64,000 bases of DNA, taken from an uncultured Clostridia bacterium. GTDB lineage: Bacteria > Bacillota > Clostridia > Oscillospirales > Ruminococcaceae. The position numbers and the translations under genes are program-made. The stretch covers positions 1,977-65,976 of the forward strand of contig CANRFB010000006.1 in assembly GCA_947629785.1 (NCBI GenBank), read 5' to 3'. Of this stretch, positions 45,458 through 54,561 are shown in pieces (within the stretch, counting starts at the first letter, position 1; each line of letters opens with the position of its first letter). Below the pieces are notes generated by a model, which searched no databases, was not told the origin of the DNA, and saw nothing but the letters and a program-made list of their open reading frames with translations.

Positions 45458-46880
45458 AACAAAACCTCCTATGGTTTCTATTATACCATAGGAGGTCTTT
45501 TTTGTCACTGTCCTTTTTTACTGGTTCAGTTCAAAGCCTGCTGAGGGGATTTTTCAGAAGCCCCGTAATGCTTATCGGCGCGCTGATAATGTCATTCAGG
45601 CTCAGTCCTGACATCGCTTGGGTAATTTTCATAATAGTGCCGTTCCTTGCGGTGGCTACATATCTGATAATCAAATTCGCTTCCCCGCGGTACACCATCA
45701 TGCAGGAAAGCATTGACGCTCTGAACACAGGCGTTGGCGAAGCCGTCACAAATACCAAGGTAATACGTTCCTTTGTCCGCGAAGAACACGAAAAGGGAAA
45801 ATTCCGCGTTATCAACGGACAACTTATGGAAAAGACCGTTTCCGCACTTAAAATGATGATTTTAATGCAGCCTGTTTCCGCATTGGCAGTAAATGTTACA
45901 ACTCTGCTTGTGGTGTGGTTCGCGGGCAGAAAAATTATGGTTGGCAGCATGGAAATAGGCACTCTGACGGCGTTTATAACCTATCTTTCCCAGATACTTA
46001 CCGCGCTGAATTTTCTTGCAAATATCTTTTTGCAGGGAACGCGGGCGGCGGCTTCGGACCGGCGTATTTCGGAAGTGCTGAAAACCGTTCCCGATATTTC
46101 CGACAGCGGAAATGCTTCTCACAAAATAGGAAGCGGGAACGTTGAGTTCAGGAACGTTTCTTTCAGATATTTCAAGAACCGCAAAGACCCCGTTCTTGAT
46201 AACATTAACATTAAGATAAATTCCGGCGAAATGGTGGGGATAATCGGTTCTACCGGTTCGGGAAAATCCACGCTCATTTCGCTTATTTCCCGACTTTACG
46301 ATGCGGACGAGGGAGAAGTTATTGTTGACGGCGTGAACGTCAAGGAACTTTCTCTGCATGAACTGCGGGAAAATGTTTCGGTAGTTTTGCAGAAGAATAC
46401 GCTTTTCTCGGGAACAGTGGCAGAAAATCTCCGTTGGGGAAACGAAAATGCTTCCCATGAAGATATGGTAAAAGTATGCCGCATAGCCAGCGCGGACGGA
46501 TTTATCTCCTCTTTCCCCGACGGTTACGAAACGGAAATAGGACAGGGCGGCGGAAATCTTTCAGGCGGACAGAAACAGCGGCTTTGTATCGCCCGCGCTT
46601 TATTAAAACGCCCGAAAATAATGATCCTTGACGATTCCACCAGCGCGGTGGACACTGCCACGGACGCTTCCATAAGAAAAGCGCTTCGGGAACAGCTTAA
46701 AGGCGTTACGAAAATCATAATCGCCCAGAGAATTTCCTCGGTTATAGACGCAGACAAGATAATCGTTATGGACAGCGGAAATATAGTAGGCTGCGGGAAA
46801 CATTCACATTTAATGAAAATCTGTTCCGCCTATCGTGATATATACTATTCACAATGTGAAAATGACGAGGAGGCGGCAGT

Positions 46881-48773
46881 ATGAACATTCCCGAAAATGA
46901 AAGAGCCGCCCGCATTGAAGTCAAATACGGCGGCACGAAGGTAACTCAGGACAAAAAACAAATGGACCTTGGAAGAGGCGGCGGACGCGACCGTGCTATG
47001 GGTGCTCACGGAAAGCCCAAGAACCTGAAAGCTTCCGCAGTCCGTCTTATGAAATACGTTTCCGAGGAGCGAAAGTTTATCGTTACCGCAATTATCTGCT
47101 CGCTTCTCTGCACGGTCTCTACCCTTATCGCTTCCTACCTTTTAAGACCGATAATAAACCGTTTCATATACTTTGACGAAGCAGATCCGCTGCCCTCGGA
47201 GCGTTTTCACGGTCTGGGAATGTGGCTGATACTTCTTGCGGTAATTTATGCAATTTCTGTAATTACCCAATGGCTCCAGCAGCGGCTTATGCTTACGGCT
47301 TCACAACGTACTCTTGCAAGAATGAGGGCGGAACTTTTCAACAAGCTGCAAAGCCTGCCTGTAAGATATTTTGACATGAATTCCACAGGCGATATAATGT
47401 CCCGTTTCACAAACGACACCGACGCAGTAGGCGAAATGCTGAACACCACGCTTATACAGATAATTTCCGGCGCAGTCACCGTTCTTGGAACTATCGTTCT
47501 GATGCTTGTGACAAATCCCATTCTTGGGGGAATAACCATTGTCTGCACTCCCCTGTTCATTTTTCTCAGCAGGATAATCATGAAAAAAGGGCGCAGCGCA
47601 TATTCCGCGCAGCAGAAAAATCTGGGAATGCTGAACGGATTCAGCGAGGAAACCATTTCGGGACAGAAAGTCGTGAAAATTTTCAACCATGAAGAAGCCG
47701 CCATTGATGAATTTTCCTATCTCAACGGCAGACTCTGCGCTTCACAGGAACGAGCGCAGTTCCGTTCGGGAATTATGGGACCTGTCACACATCAGCTATG
47801 CAACATGGTATATGCGATTTCAGCCTGCGTCGGCGGAATACTGGTCGTGACCCGCGGTTTTGACATAGGCGGACTGACGGTTTCCCTGAACTACACAAGG
47901 CAGTTCAACCGCCCCATTAACGAAGTCGCCATGCAGATGAACACCATCTTTTCCGCCCTTGCGGGAGCGGAGAGAGTTTTTGAAATTCTCGATTCGGAGT
48001 CGGAAGCGGAAAACGCCGAGACCGTTCCCATGGAAACCATGAAAGGTCATATCGTTCTGGAAAATGTCAGCTTCGGATATGTTCCCGGGGTGACTGTCCT
48101 GCATAATATTTCCCTTTACGCGAAGCCGGGGCAGAAAATTGCCTTTGTTGGCTCGACAGGCGCGGGGAAAACCACCGTTACCAATCTGCTTTCAAGATTT
48201 TACGACATCAGTGAGGGAACTATTACCATTGACGGAGTAAACATCGAAAAAATAGACCGCAGTTTCCTGCGTTCAAATATTGCCATGGTTTTGCAGGACA
48301 CTCACCTTTTTACCGGAACTGTTCGTGAAAATATCCGTTACGGACGTCTTGACGCCACCGACGAGGAAGTTATTTCCGCCGCAAAGACAGCCTCCGCACA
48401 CGCATTTATAGAACATCTTGAAAACGGCTATGACACCGTTCTGGAAAATGACGGCGCAAATCTTTCCCAAGGGCAGCGGCAGCTTCTGAACATAGCCCGC
48501 GCGGCAATTTCCAAAGCGCCCATACTTATCCTTGACGAAGCTACCAGTTCCGTTGACACCCTCACCGAAAAACATATTGAAGAGGGCATGGACGCCATTA
48601 TGGAAAATCATACTACATTTGTAATTGCCCACAGGCTTTCAACGGTCCGTCGTGCGAACGCGATAATGGTTCTGGAACAGGGCAGGATAGTTGAACGGGG
48701 AACGCATGAGGAGCTTCTTGCAGCAGGAGGACGTTACGCCGATCTTTACAGGGGAATTTCCGAACTTGACTAA
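46881..48773 (+). CDS. ABC exporter (fused TMD-NBD), partner of the disrupted upstream gene
   Basis: ATGA overlap with the upstream gene. Six TMs. Walker A GSTGAGKTT, LSQGQRQL, ILDEATSSVD. Confidence 0.9.
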   Translation: MNIPENERAARIEVKYGGTKVTQDKKQMDLGRGGGRDRAMGAHGKPKNLKASAVRLMKYVSEERKFIVTAIICSLLCTVSTLIASYLLRPIINRFIYFDEADPLPSERFHGLGMWLILLAVIYAISVITQWLQQRLMLTASQRTLARMRAELFNKLQSLPVRYFDMNSTGDIMSRFTNDTDAVGEMLNTTLIQIISGAVTVLGTIVLMLVTNPILGGITIVCTPLFIFLSRIIMKKGRSAYSAQQKNLGMLNGFSEETISGQKVVKIFNHEEAAIDEFSYLNGRLCASQERAQFRSGIMGPVTHQLCNMVYAISACVGGILVVTRGFDIGGLTVSLNYTRQFNRPINEVAMQMNTIFSALAGAERVFEILDSESEAENAETVPMETMKGHIVLENVSFGYVPGVTVLHNISLYAKPGQKIAFVGSTGAGKTTVTNLLSRFYDISEGTITIDGVNIEKIDRSFLRSNIAMVLQDTHLFTGTVRENIRYGRLDATDEEVISAAKTASAHAFIEHLENGYDTVLENDGANLSQGQRQLLNIARAAISKAPILILDEATSSVDTLTEKHIEEGMDAIMENHTTFVIAHRLSTVRRANAIMVLEQGRIVERGTHEELLAAGGRYADLYRGISELD

Positions 48774-48774
48774 T

Positions 48775-48806
48775 AACAAAAAAGCCGCCCGAAAAGGACG
48801 GCTTTT
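48775..48806. repeat. copy 1 of a 32-bp perfect direct repeat that is itself a terminator hairpin
   Basis: AACAAAAAAGCCGCCCGAAAAGGACGGCTTTT, identical to 49110-49141. It serves the + strand ABC gene. Confidence 0.85.
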
Positions 48807-48827
48807 AGTCTGTCGAAAAAATATTAT

Positions 48828-49073
48828 AATTTTGCGCGAAGCGCAAAATTCATAAAAAGTTCGCCAGCCTTTCAAGGCTGCGGGGTCGAGGGGCAGAGCC
48901 CCCGCCGCCGTCCGCAGACGGCGGAATTCCCCTATACGTTAAAAGCTCCGCAAGGGGTGAATTGCCGCCAAAGGCGGCAAGAGGGGGCTGCCCTACGTAG
49001 AGGGCGCCCCCTTGAAATAAACAAGTTATTTTTCTTTTTGCCTTTTGAAACAGTCCGGTGGACTGTTTCAAAA
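48828..49073. repeat. GC-rich cluster of at least 7 stable hairpins containing two inverted copies of a roughly 45-nt unit (REP/REPIN-like element or structured ncRNA)
   Basis: Hairpins at 48828-48850, 48890-48902, 48905-48924, 48962-48980, 48983-49011 and 49043-49073. The reverse complement of 48961-49011 aligns with 48886-48928 (GGGCAG..CCCCC..GCCGCC..GGCGG..AATT). Confidence 0.45.
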
Positions 49074-49109
49074 CAAACTTAAATTATTCTTTAAATATGT
49101 TTTTCAACA

Positions 49110-49141
49110 AACAAAAAAGCCGCCCGAAAAGGACGGCTTTT
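49110..49141. repeat. copy 2 of the 32-bp terminator repeat
   Basis: Identical 32-mer. On the minus strand it is followed by TTTTTTG and terminates the 49153..49845 gene. Confidence 0.85.
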
Positions 49142-49152
49142 TAATCCACGTA

Positions 49153-49845
49153 TCAATATTTACCCAAAAGCATTGAAGCAAGCTGGCTGTAATATTCCAC
49201 ACCGCCCTTATTATTGTAAGAATAAGGGGTCGTGTACTGAGCCTGAAGCGCAGCCGACCTGTTTACATAGGAAGCCTTATCGGCGATTTTGTTGGCATAG
49301 GAATAACTTCCCGAGAAAAGCGATTTCAGCGTACCCGCAGAAGCGTTTTTCAGCATATCCTCGTTGATGGTAAGACGATTGTCGCTGCCAACGGAAATTC
49401 CGATTCTTCCCAGCGTCCTTGAATAAGCGTTTGTAGTATTTACCATCTGAACGCCTTTTGCAAGAATGGACGTATTGTCCGACTCCTGAATGTTGTCAAG
49501 AGCGCTGTTATAGCTGTCAACAAAGTTCTTTACAGCGGTAAGGTTCTTTTCGGGATCGCTGAAATCCATTCCGCTTGCGGCAAGTTCACCTGCATACTTG
49601 TTAAGGTCTTTTGCCGACTCGGAAACCTTTAAGCTGTTGTCCTCGCTGCTGCTTTCCTCAGAGGAAAACATTTTCCTGATCTCGTCCGCAGTAGCTTTTC
49701 TGAAAGCGGGAGAGCGAACCTTATCAACAGCCTTTGCAAGCTCCAGCAGATCCGCTGTGTTTGAACCGAAAGACTTCTTGTTGTACAGACCGGAATACAA
49801 CGAGTTATAATTTGAAGTATACGCGTTAATTCCATACAATGACAT
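49153..49845 (-). CDS. hypothetical protein (230 aa, Ser/Asn/Tyr-rich ends)
   Basis: Long ORF 19 nt downstream of the dehydratase-like gene. No confident family. A weak resemblance to FliD-type C-terminal segments is not supported further. Confidence 0.5.
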   Translation of the reverse strand: MSLYGINAYTSNYNSLYSGLYNKKSFGSNTADLLELAKAVDKVRSPAFRKATADEIRKMFSSEESSSEDNSLKVSESAKDLNKYAGELAASGMDFSDPEKNLTAVKNFVDSYNSALDNIQESDNTSILAKGVQMVNTTNAYSRTLGRIGISVGSDNRLTINEDMLKNASAGTLKSLFSGSYSYANKIADKASYVNRSAALQAQYTTPYSYNNKGGVEYYSQLASMLLGKY

Positions 49846-49864
49846 GACACCACGATCCTTTCAT

Positions 49865-51121
49865 TTATGTTTTCTCAAGCTGAGCCTTCGCTGCGGAAAG
49901 CATTAGCTTGATACGGTTTTCCTGATTTACCCGGGTAGCCCCCGGATCATAATCTATTGCAACTATATTCGCCTGCGGGTAAACTGCGCGGATTTTCCGT
50001 ATCATACCTTTTCCCACGATATGGTTCGGCAGACACCCGAAAGGCTGAGCGCAAACTATGTTATTTACCCCGCTGCCCACAAGTTCCACCATTTCCGCTG
50101 TCAGAAGCCAGCCCTCGCCCATTTTATTGGCGGGCGAAAGGAACGGCAGAACATTCTTTTTGGTTTCCTCAAACCTTGCAGGCGCGCGGAATCTTGTTCC
50201 GCTCACGGCTTTTATTATCTTGTTCTGCATCATCTTGAAGAAGCCTTTTACAGCAGCCGAAGCTATGAATTTTTTGTACTTTGTGTGATAAATGTGCGTT
50301 TCCACCACCTGATGGTCTCCCATAAATATCAGGAAATCTATCAGCCCGGGACAGCAGACTTCGCAGCCCTCGCTTTCGAGAAATCTCTGTAAGTCGTTAT
50401 TCCCCAGCGGTGAATATTTTATGAATATCTCCCCTACTATACCGACATTTATTTTTTGCGGGTCGGAAGTATATGGAATTTCCGTAAAATCTTTTACCAT
50501 ATCCGCCGCAACTTTGTCAAATGCGGCATAACTGAATTTCAGCTCAACGAGACGGTCTATCCATTTATCAATAAGTCTGTCGGTATCTCCCTCATTGTTT
50601 TCATAAGGGCGGACTTGATTTGCCAGAAGCATTATCAGGTCTGCGTAACATATACCCGTAATAAACTGCGCCATCATATCAATTGTGAGCTTGAAACCCG
50701 GGTTCTTTTCAAGTCCTGCCAGATTAAAGGAAATAACAGGAATTTGTTCCATTCCGCAGCGTTTCAGGGCTTTTCTGATAAGGTGGATATAGTTTGAAGC
50801 CCGACAACCGCCGCCTGTCTGAACCATCATAAGTGCGGTCTTGTTAATGTCGTACTCGCCGGATTTCAGCGCGTCAATGAACTGACCCACGCAAAGCAAA
50901 GCGGGATAACAAGTATCGTTATGGACATTTTCCAAGCCCTCATCTATTATCTTCCTGCCCATAGTTTTCAGGAGTTTGACTTTATAGCCGTGATTATTGA
51001 AGATCCTTTCCAGCATGGTGAAATGGATAGGGAGCATATTGGGAATAAGGATTGTGTATTCCCGACGCATTTCTTCGGTAAAAAGCAAACGTCCCTGCTC
51101 ATTATATACAAGTTCTGCCAT
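49865..51121 (-). CDS. 2-hydroxyacyl-CoA dehydratase family / YjiM-like (DUF2229-type) protein
   Basis: MAELVYNEQGRLLFTEEMRREYTILIPNMLPIHF...HNDTCYPALL...VQTGGGCRASNY...CAQPFGCLPNH, typical of activase-associated dehydratase components. The start is uncertain (51121 or 51145). Confidence 0.65.
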   Translation of the reverse strand: MAELVYNEQGRLLFTEEMRREYTILIPNMLPIHFTMLERIFNNHGYKVKLLKTMGRKIIDEGLENVHNDTCYPALLCVGQFIDALKSGEYDINKTALMMVQTGGGCRASNYIHLIRKALKRCGMEQIPVISFNLAGLEKNPGFKLTIDMMAQFITGICYADLIMLLANQVRPYENNEGDTDRLIDKWIDRLVELKFSYAAFDKVAADMVKDFTEIPYTSDPQKINVGIVGEIFIKYSPLGNNDLQRFLESEGCEVCCPGLIDFLIFMGDHQVVETHIYHTKYKKFIASAAVKGFFKMMQNKIIKAVSGTRFRAPARFEETKKNVLPFLSPANKMGEGWLLTAEMVELVGSGVNNIVCAQPFGCLPNHIVGKGMIRKIRAVYPQANIVAIDYDPGATRVNQENRIKLMLSAAKAQLEKT

Positions 51122-51256
51122 AATGTTAAGACAAGACTCCTTCATATGGGAGTTAAGGCTACAATTCCTCATAATTATTATAGCACACTGATTATGAATT
51201 TTCAATAGCTGATTTATGGATTTATAAAAATTTAACATTTTCCCCAAAATATAAAA

Positions 51257-51284
51257 AACGGACATCGAGCAAACGTCCGTTTTT
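51257..51284. terminator. hairpin with flanking A/T runs
   Basis: AACGGAC / GTCCGTT stem with an 11-nt loop. There is a T-run on both strands. Confidence 0.45.
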
Positions 51285-51470
51285 CACATAATAAAAAATA
51301 TTTTAAGAGAGAGTTTGTAAGGGCTTGATTCCTTTCATGTTTATAGTATACACCTTTATCCTGCCCATTACAATTAATTTTTTGCAGATATTTTCATACA
51401 ATAATTTTACACCGATTGTTTGAAAAGCACAAAATCAGGCGATTTTGCATTAAATATCTATGTAAATTTC

Positions 51471-52139
51471 CTAAAAACCTATATCTTCGTTTACAAGAAT
51501 TACCTTTATCCTGTCCTTGATACGCTGCTGCGCCGTTACAACATAGGAACAGCATATCCGCGCTTTGCTGCGGCAGCCCTCGGTCATTCCCGAAGCACCG
51601 GAAGCCAGCGCCATACATTCGCCCTTGCTGAGGCAATAAGTTTCGCAGCCCAGTCGGGCGGCATTTGCGGGAGCAGCCATGCGTTTCACCCTGAGAATGG
51701 CGTCGTCCAACGTGCGGACTACTTTATTCCTGCCAACGACTACGATAACCGACGCAGGTCCGAAACATATTGCCGCCACTCTGTTGGAATTCCCGTCCAC
51801 GTTATAAAGTTCGCCGTTTTCCGTCACGGCGTTTGAACTTGTCAGGTAAACGTCGGCGGAAAAGGCTTCTCTGTAAATTTTCTGCACTTCTTCGGGAGTT
51901 TTTCCCTCCCTGTCAAGGAAATTATACTTTCCCGAACGCAAAAGCTCCATTATCCCCGTTTCGGCAAGCGTCACCGAGCCGCCGCAGGAAACCGTCGCGC
52001 CCTCGGCTATTGATCCTTTTACCAAAGAAAGCGCTTCCTCTTTCGTTTCCGCAATATACGGCAGCATATTATTGGCTTTCAGCGCCTCTGCGGTGCGTTC
52101 CAGCATTTTCCTGTAAATCATATCAAGCTGTTCTGACAT
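51471..52139 (-). CDS. LUD-domain protein (LutC/YkgG-like lactate utilisation family)
   Basis: ATG 52139 after GGGAG. GGSVTL, YLTSSNAVTENGELYNVDGNSNRVAA, GRNKVV (LUD_dom pattern), Cys-rich C-terminus. Confidence 0.8.
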   Translation of the reverse strand: MSEQLDMIYRKMLERTAEALKANNMLPYIAETKEEALSLVKGSIAEGATVSCGGSVTLAETGIMELLRSGKYNFLDREGKTPEEVQKIYREAFSADVYLTSSNAVTENGELYNVDGNSNRVAAICFGPASVIVVVGRNKVVRTLDDAILRVKRMAAPANAARLGCETYCLSKGECMALASGASGMTEGCRSKARICCSYVVTAQQRIKDRIKVILVNEDIGF

Positions 52140-52371
52140 ATATATCACTCCCTGAAATATAAACATTCATTGCTATTATTCATTATTATATCACACTCTA
52201 TTTAAAAAATAAAGTGTTTTTCAAAAATTCGTGCAAATTAGCTGAATAAATCATAAATAATTTGTGACGTGTTACATAAAATTTTACCGGTTCAGAATGG
52301 TAAAAGCGGAATTTTGCGCTAATATACTGCATAAAATACAAAATATAAACTCTTGAACGGAGGCGGTCGGG

Positions 52372-54153
52372 TTGGATATAAAAAAGCAGCTGGACGCACT
52401 TGACTGGATATATAGCCTTGCAAAAGGTTCGGAACCCCGCGGCGTATACATTCCGCAGAAGCCTCTCTTAAAGGACTCAGAAACTTCGGGCGTATTCCGC
52501 GAACTTATCCCCGAACAGGCGGGAGTGCGGTCGGAAGCGCTTCTGAATATGTTCGGGAACATCTCTGACGAACATGGGATTTTCCCCCATCTTGCGGTAG
52601 TTCTCAGGAACGGAAGTCTTATTGCCAAGACGGAATGGCTTCCCTATGAACTGAAAACGCCCCACGTTTCACATTCCATGTGCAAAAGCATAACTTCCAT
52701 GGCGGTGGGAATAGCCGTCAGCGAGGGACTTTTATCCCTTGACGAAAGGCTCGCGGAAATATTCCCCGACAAAATGCCCGACAAGCCGACGGAAAACGTA
52801 AAAGCCATCACGGTAAAACATCTTCTCACCATGTCAAGCGGAAGTTCGTTCAACGAAGCCAAGGCGCTTATGACCTCCGATGACTGGGCAGAAAAATTCC
52901 TTGCCGCCGACACTCTCTTCCCGCCGGGAGAACGTTTCCATTACAACAGTCTGAATACCTATATGCTTTCGGCGATAATTTGCAGACGCGCGGGAACATC
53001 TCTCTCGGAATATCTCGGCAAGCGGCTTTTTGAACCGCTGGGAATAACCGATTTCTACTGGGAAAAATGTCCCCACGGCATTGAGAAAGGCGGCTGGGGG
53101 CTTTACATGGGAATACTTGACTATGCGAAACTCGGTCAGCTTTATCTGGACGGCGGTGTTTTCCGCGGAATACAGCTTATCAGCGCGGAATGGATAGCCG
53201 AGTCAACTTCCAAAAAAATATCCGTTGACAATGTGGACCGTGACGGATACGGTTATCAGATATGGATATTAAAAAACGGGCTCGGCTGTCTTTTCAGCGG
53301 AATGTTCGGGCAGAACGTATATATTTTCCCGAAAAGAAATATGGTAATTGCAATTAATTCGGGAAGTTCGGGAATTTTTCCGCAGGGTCGGCTTTTAAAT
53401 ATTGTCACGGAATTTATTACAAACGACAAGAATTTCCGTGACACGCCGATAAATAATTTCCTGTATTTTAATTCCGCAAATTTAAAAAACGCTCTTGCAA
53501 ATGCAAAATTCGGAAATTTTATTTCCGAAAAAAATTCTCTTGCGGAGCGTCTTAAAAGAAGTATTCTTAAAATAAAAAATAATTCCGAAATTCCCCCTGC
53601 CGCCGCAATTTTATCGGGACACGAAATTATTTTTGAAAATAATCACGCGGGAATTCTGCCGATATTGATCCAAGTAATGAACGGGAATTTTGAAAGCGGA
53701 ATAAAATCGGCGGCATTTTTCATAAAAAATGAAAAATTAATTATGCGCGTTTCCGACGGTGAAGAAATTCACCACATTCCGTTAAGTTTTTCGGAAGCCC
53801 CGTCATACACTTATTTTGAAAAGCGCGGGGATATTTTCCGCGTGGGGAATTTCGCCGCTCTCACTCTTGACGAGGACGAAATTCCCGTGCTGAAAATAAC
53901 CCTTTGCTTTACCGAAACAAGCTGTGTAAAAATTCTGAAATTTATTTTCGGAACGGAAGAAGTAATTTTAAAATTGCGGGAAATTCCCGAACTTTATTCC
54001 GCCATAAGCGACGCTTCGGGAATGTTTTTGCCCGCTCTGGGAAATACTGTCCGCAAAACACTTGAAGCGGTCATGGAAACGGATATTGCTGAATATAAAA
54101 TCAAAAATTTTCTCGAACCAAATATCCGCGGAAAAATAAAAAATATAATATAA
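52372..54153 (+). CDS. serine hydrolase, beta-lactamase/PBP4* family with long C-terminal extension
   Basis: TTG start 9 nt after GGAGG. SxxK motif SMCK in HVSHSMCKSITSMAVG. YNS (Y-x-N) motif. 593 aa. Confidence 0.8.
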   Translation: MDIKKQLDALDWIYSLAKGSEPRGVYIPQKPLLKDSETSGVFRELIPEQAGVRSEALLNMFGNISDEHGIFPHLAVVLRNGSLIAKTEWLPYELKTPHVSHSMCKSITSMAVGIAVSEGLLSLDERLAEIFPDKMPDKPTENVKAITVKHLLTMSSGSSFNEAKALMTSDDWAEKFLAADTLFPPGERFHYNSLNTYMLSAIICRRAGTSLSEYLGKRLFEPLGITDFYWEKCPHGIEKGGWGLYMGILDYAKLGQLYLDGGVFRGIQLISAEWIAESTSKKISVDNVDRDGYGYQIWILKNGLGCLFSGMFGQNVYIFPKRNMVIAINSGSSGIFPQGRLLNIVTEFITNDKNFRDTPINNFLYFNSANLKNALANAKFGNFISEKNSLAERLKRSILKIKNNSEIPPAAAILSGHEIIFENNHAGILPILIQVMNGNFESGIKSAAFFIKNEKLIMRVSDGEEIHHIPLSFSEAPSYTYFEKRGDIFRVGNFAALTLDEDEIPVLKITLCFTETSCVKILKFIFGTEEVILKLREIPELYSAISDASGMFLPALGNTVRKTLEAVMETDIAEYKIKNFLEPNIRGKIKNII

Positions 54154-54157
54154 AATT

Positions 54158-54544
54158 TTATTTTTTAAGTGAAAAATAATTTGGAAGAATTTCGTTAAAA
54201 TCATATTTTTTCGGAACACCGTTTTTATCTTCAAGAATTACCTTTATATCCGGAGAAAATTCGCACATCACCTGACGGCATATACCGCAGGGAAAGGTTT
54301 CCCCGCCGCCTGAAGAAACTATTGCAATTGCTTCAAAATCGGTATATCCCTCCGAAACGGCTTTGAAAATTGCCGTTCTCTCCGCGCAGTTTGACGCGCC
54401 GTAGCTTGAATTTTCAATATTGCAGCCGTAAAACACCGTTCCGTCCGAACAAAGCAGCGCCGCTCCCACTTTAAATCCCGAATAGGGCGCATATGCGTTT
54501 TTCATGGCTTTTTTTGCCGCTTCAAGAAGTTCCTTGTCGGTCAT
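54158..54544 (-). CDS. cdd: cytidine deaminase
   Basis: AYAPYSGFKVGAAL, CAERTAIFKAV, PCGICRQVM (zinc ligands C-A-E / PCxxC). Confidence 0.9.
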   Translation of the reverse strand: MTDKELLEAAKKAMKNAYAPYSGFKVGAALLCSDGTVFYGCNIENSSYGASNCAERTAIFKAVSEGYTDFEAIAIVSSGGGETFPCGICRQVMCEFSPDIKVILEDKNGVPKKYDFNEILPNYFSLKK

Positions 54545-54561
54545 AATATCACCTCGCAAAA

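Larger units (their letters stand above)
44218..45531 (-). mobile_element. IS3-family insertion sequence (IS150-group-like), about 1.31 kb
   Basis: Imperfect terminal inverted repeats starting TGAACC (44218) and GGTTCA (45523-45528). orfA and orfB are in -1 arrangement. Flanking CAAAG occurs at 44213-44217 and 45532-45536. Confidence 0.85.
43832..46884 (+). pseudogene. ABC exporter (fused TMD-NBD, type I) disrupted by IS insertion; fragments 43832..44217 and 45537..46884
   Basis: The N-terminal fragment ends ...TNDITQIQTFLQS then reads into the IS. The C-terminal fragment resumes ...QSLLRGFFRSPVMLIGAL and carries Walker A GSTGSGKST, LSGGQKQR, ILDDSTSAVD. Joining gives 1734 nt, a 577-aa in-frame ORF. 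Confidence 0.85.

Noticed and set aside
48850-49071. 73-aa minus-strand ORF in the GC-rich intergenic cluster.
   Set aside because: The translation is Gly/Pro/Ala low-complexity generated by the GC-rich hairpins. It has no RBS, and the ORF spans several perfect stem-loops.
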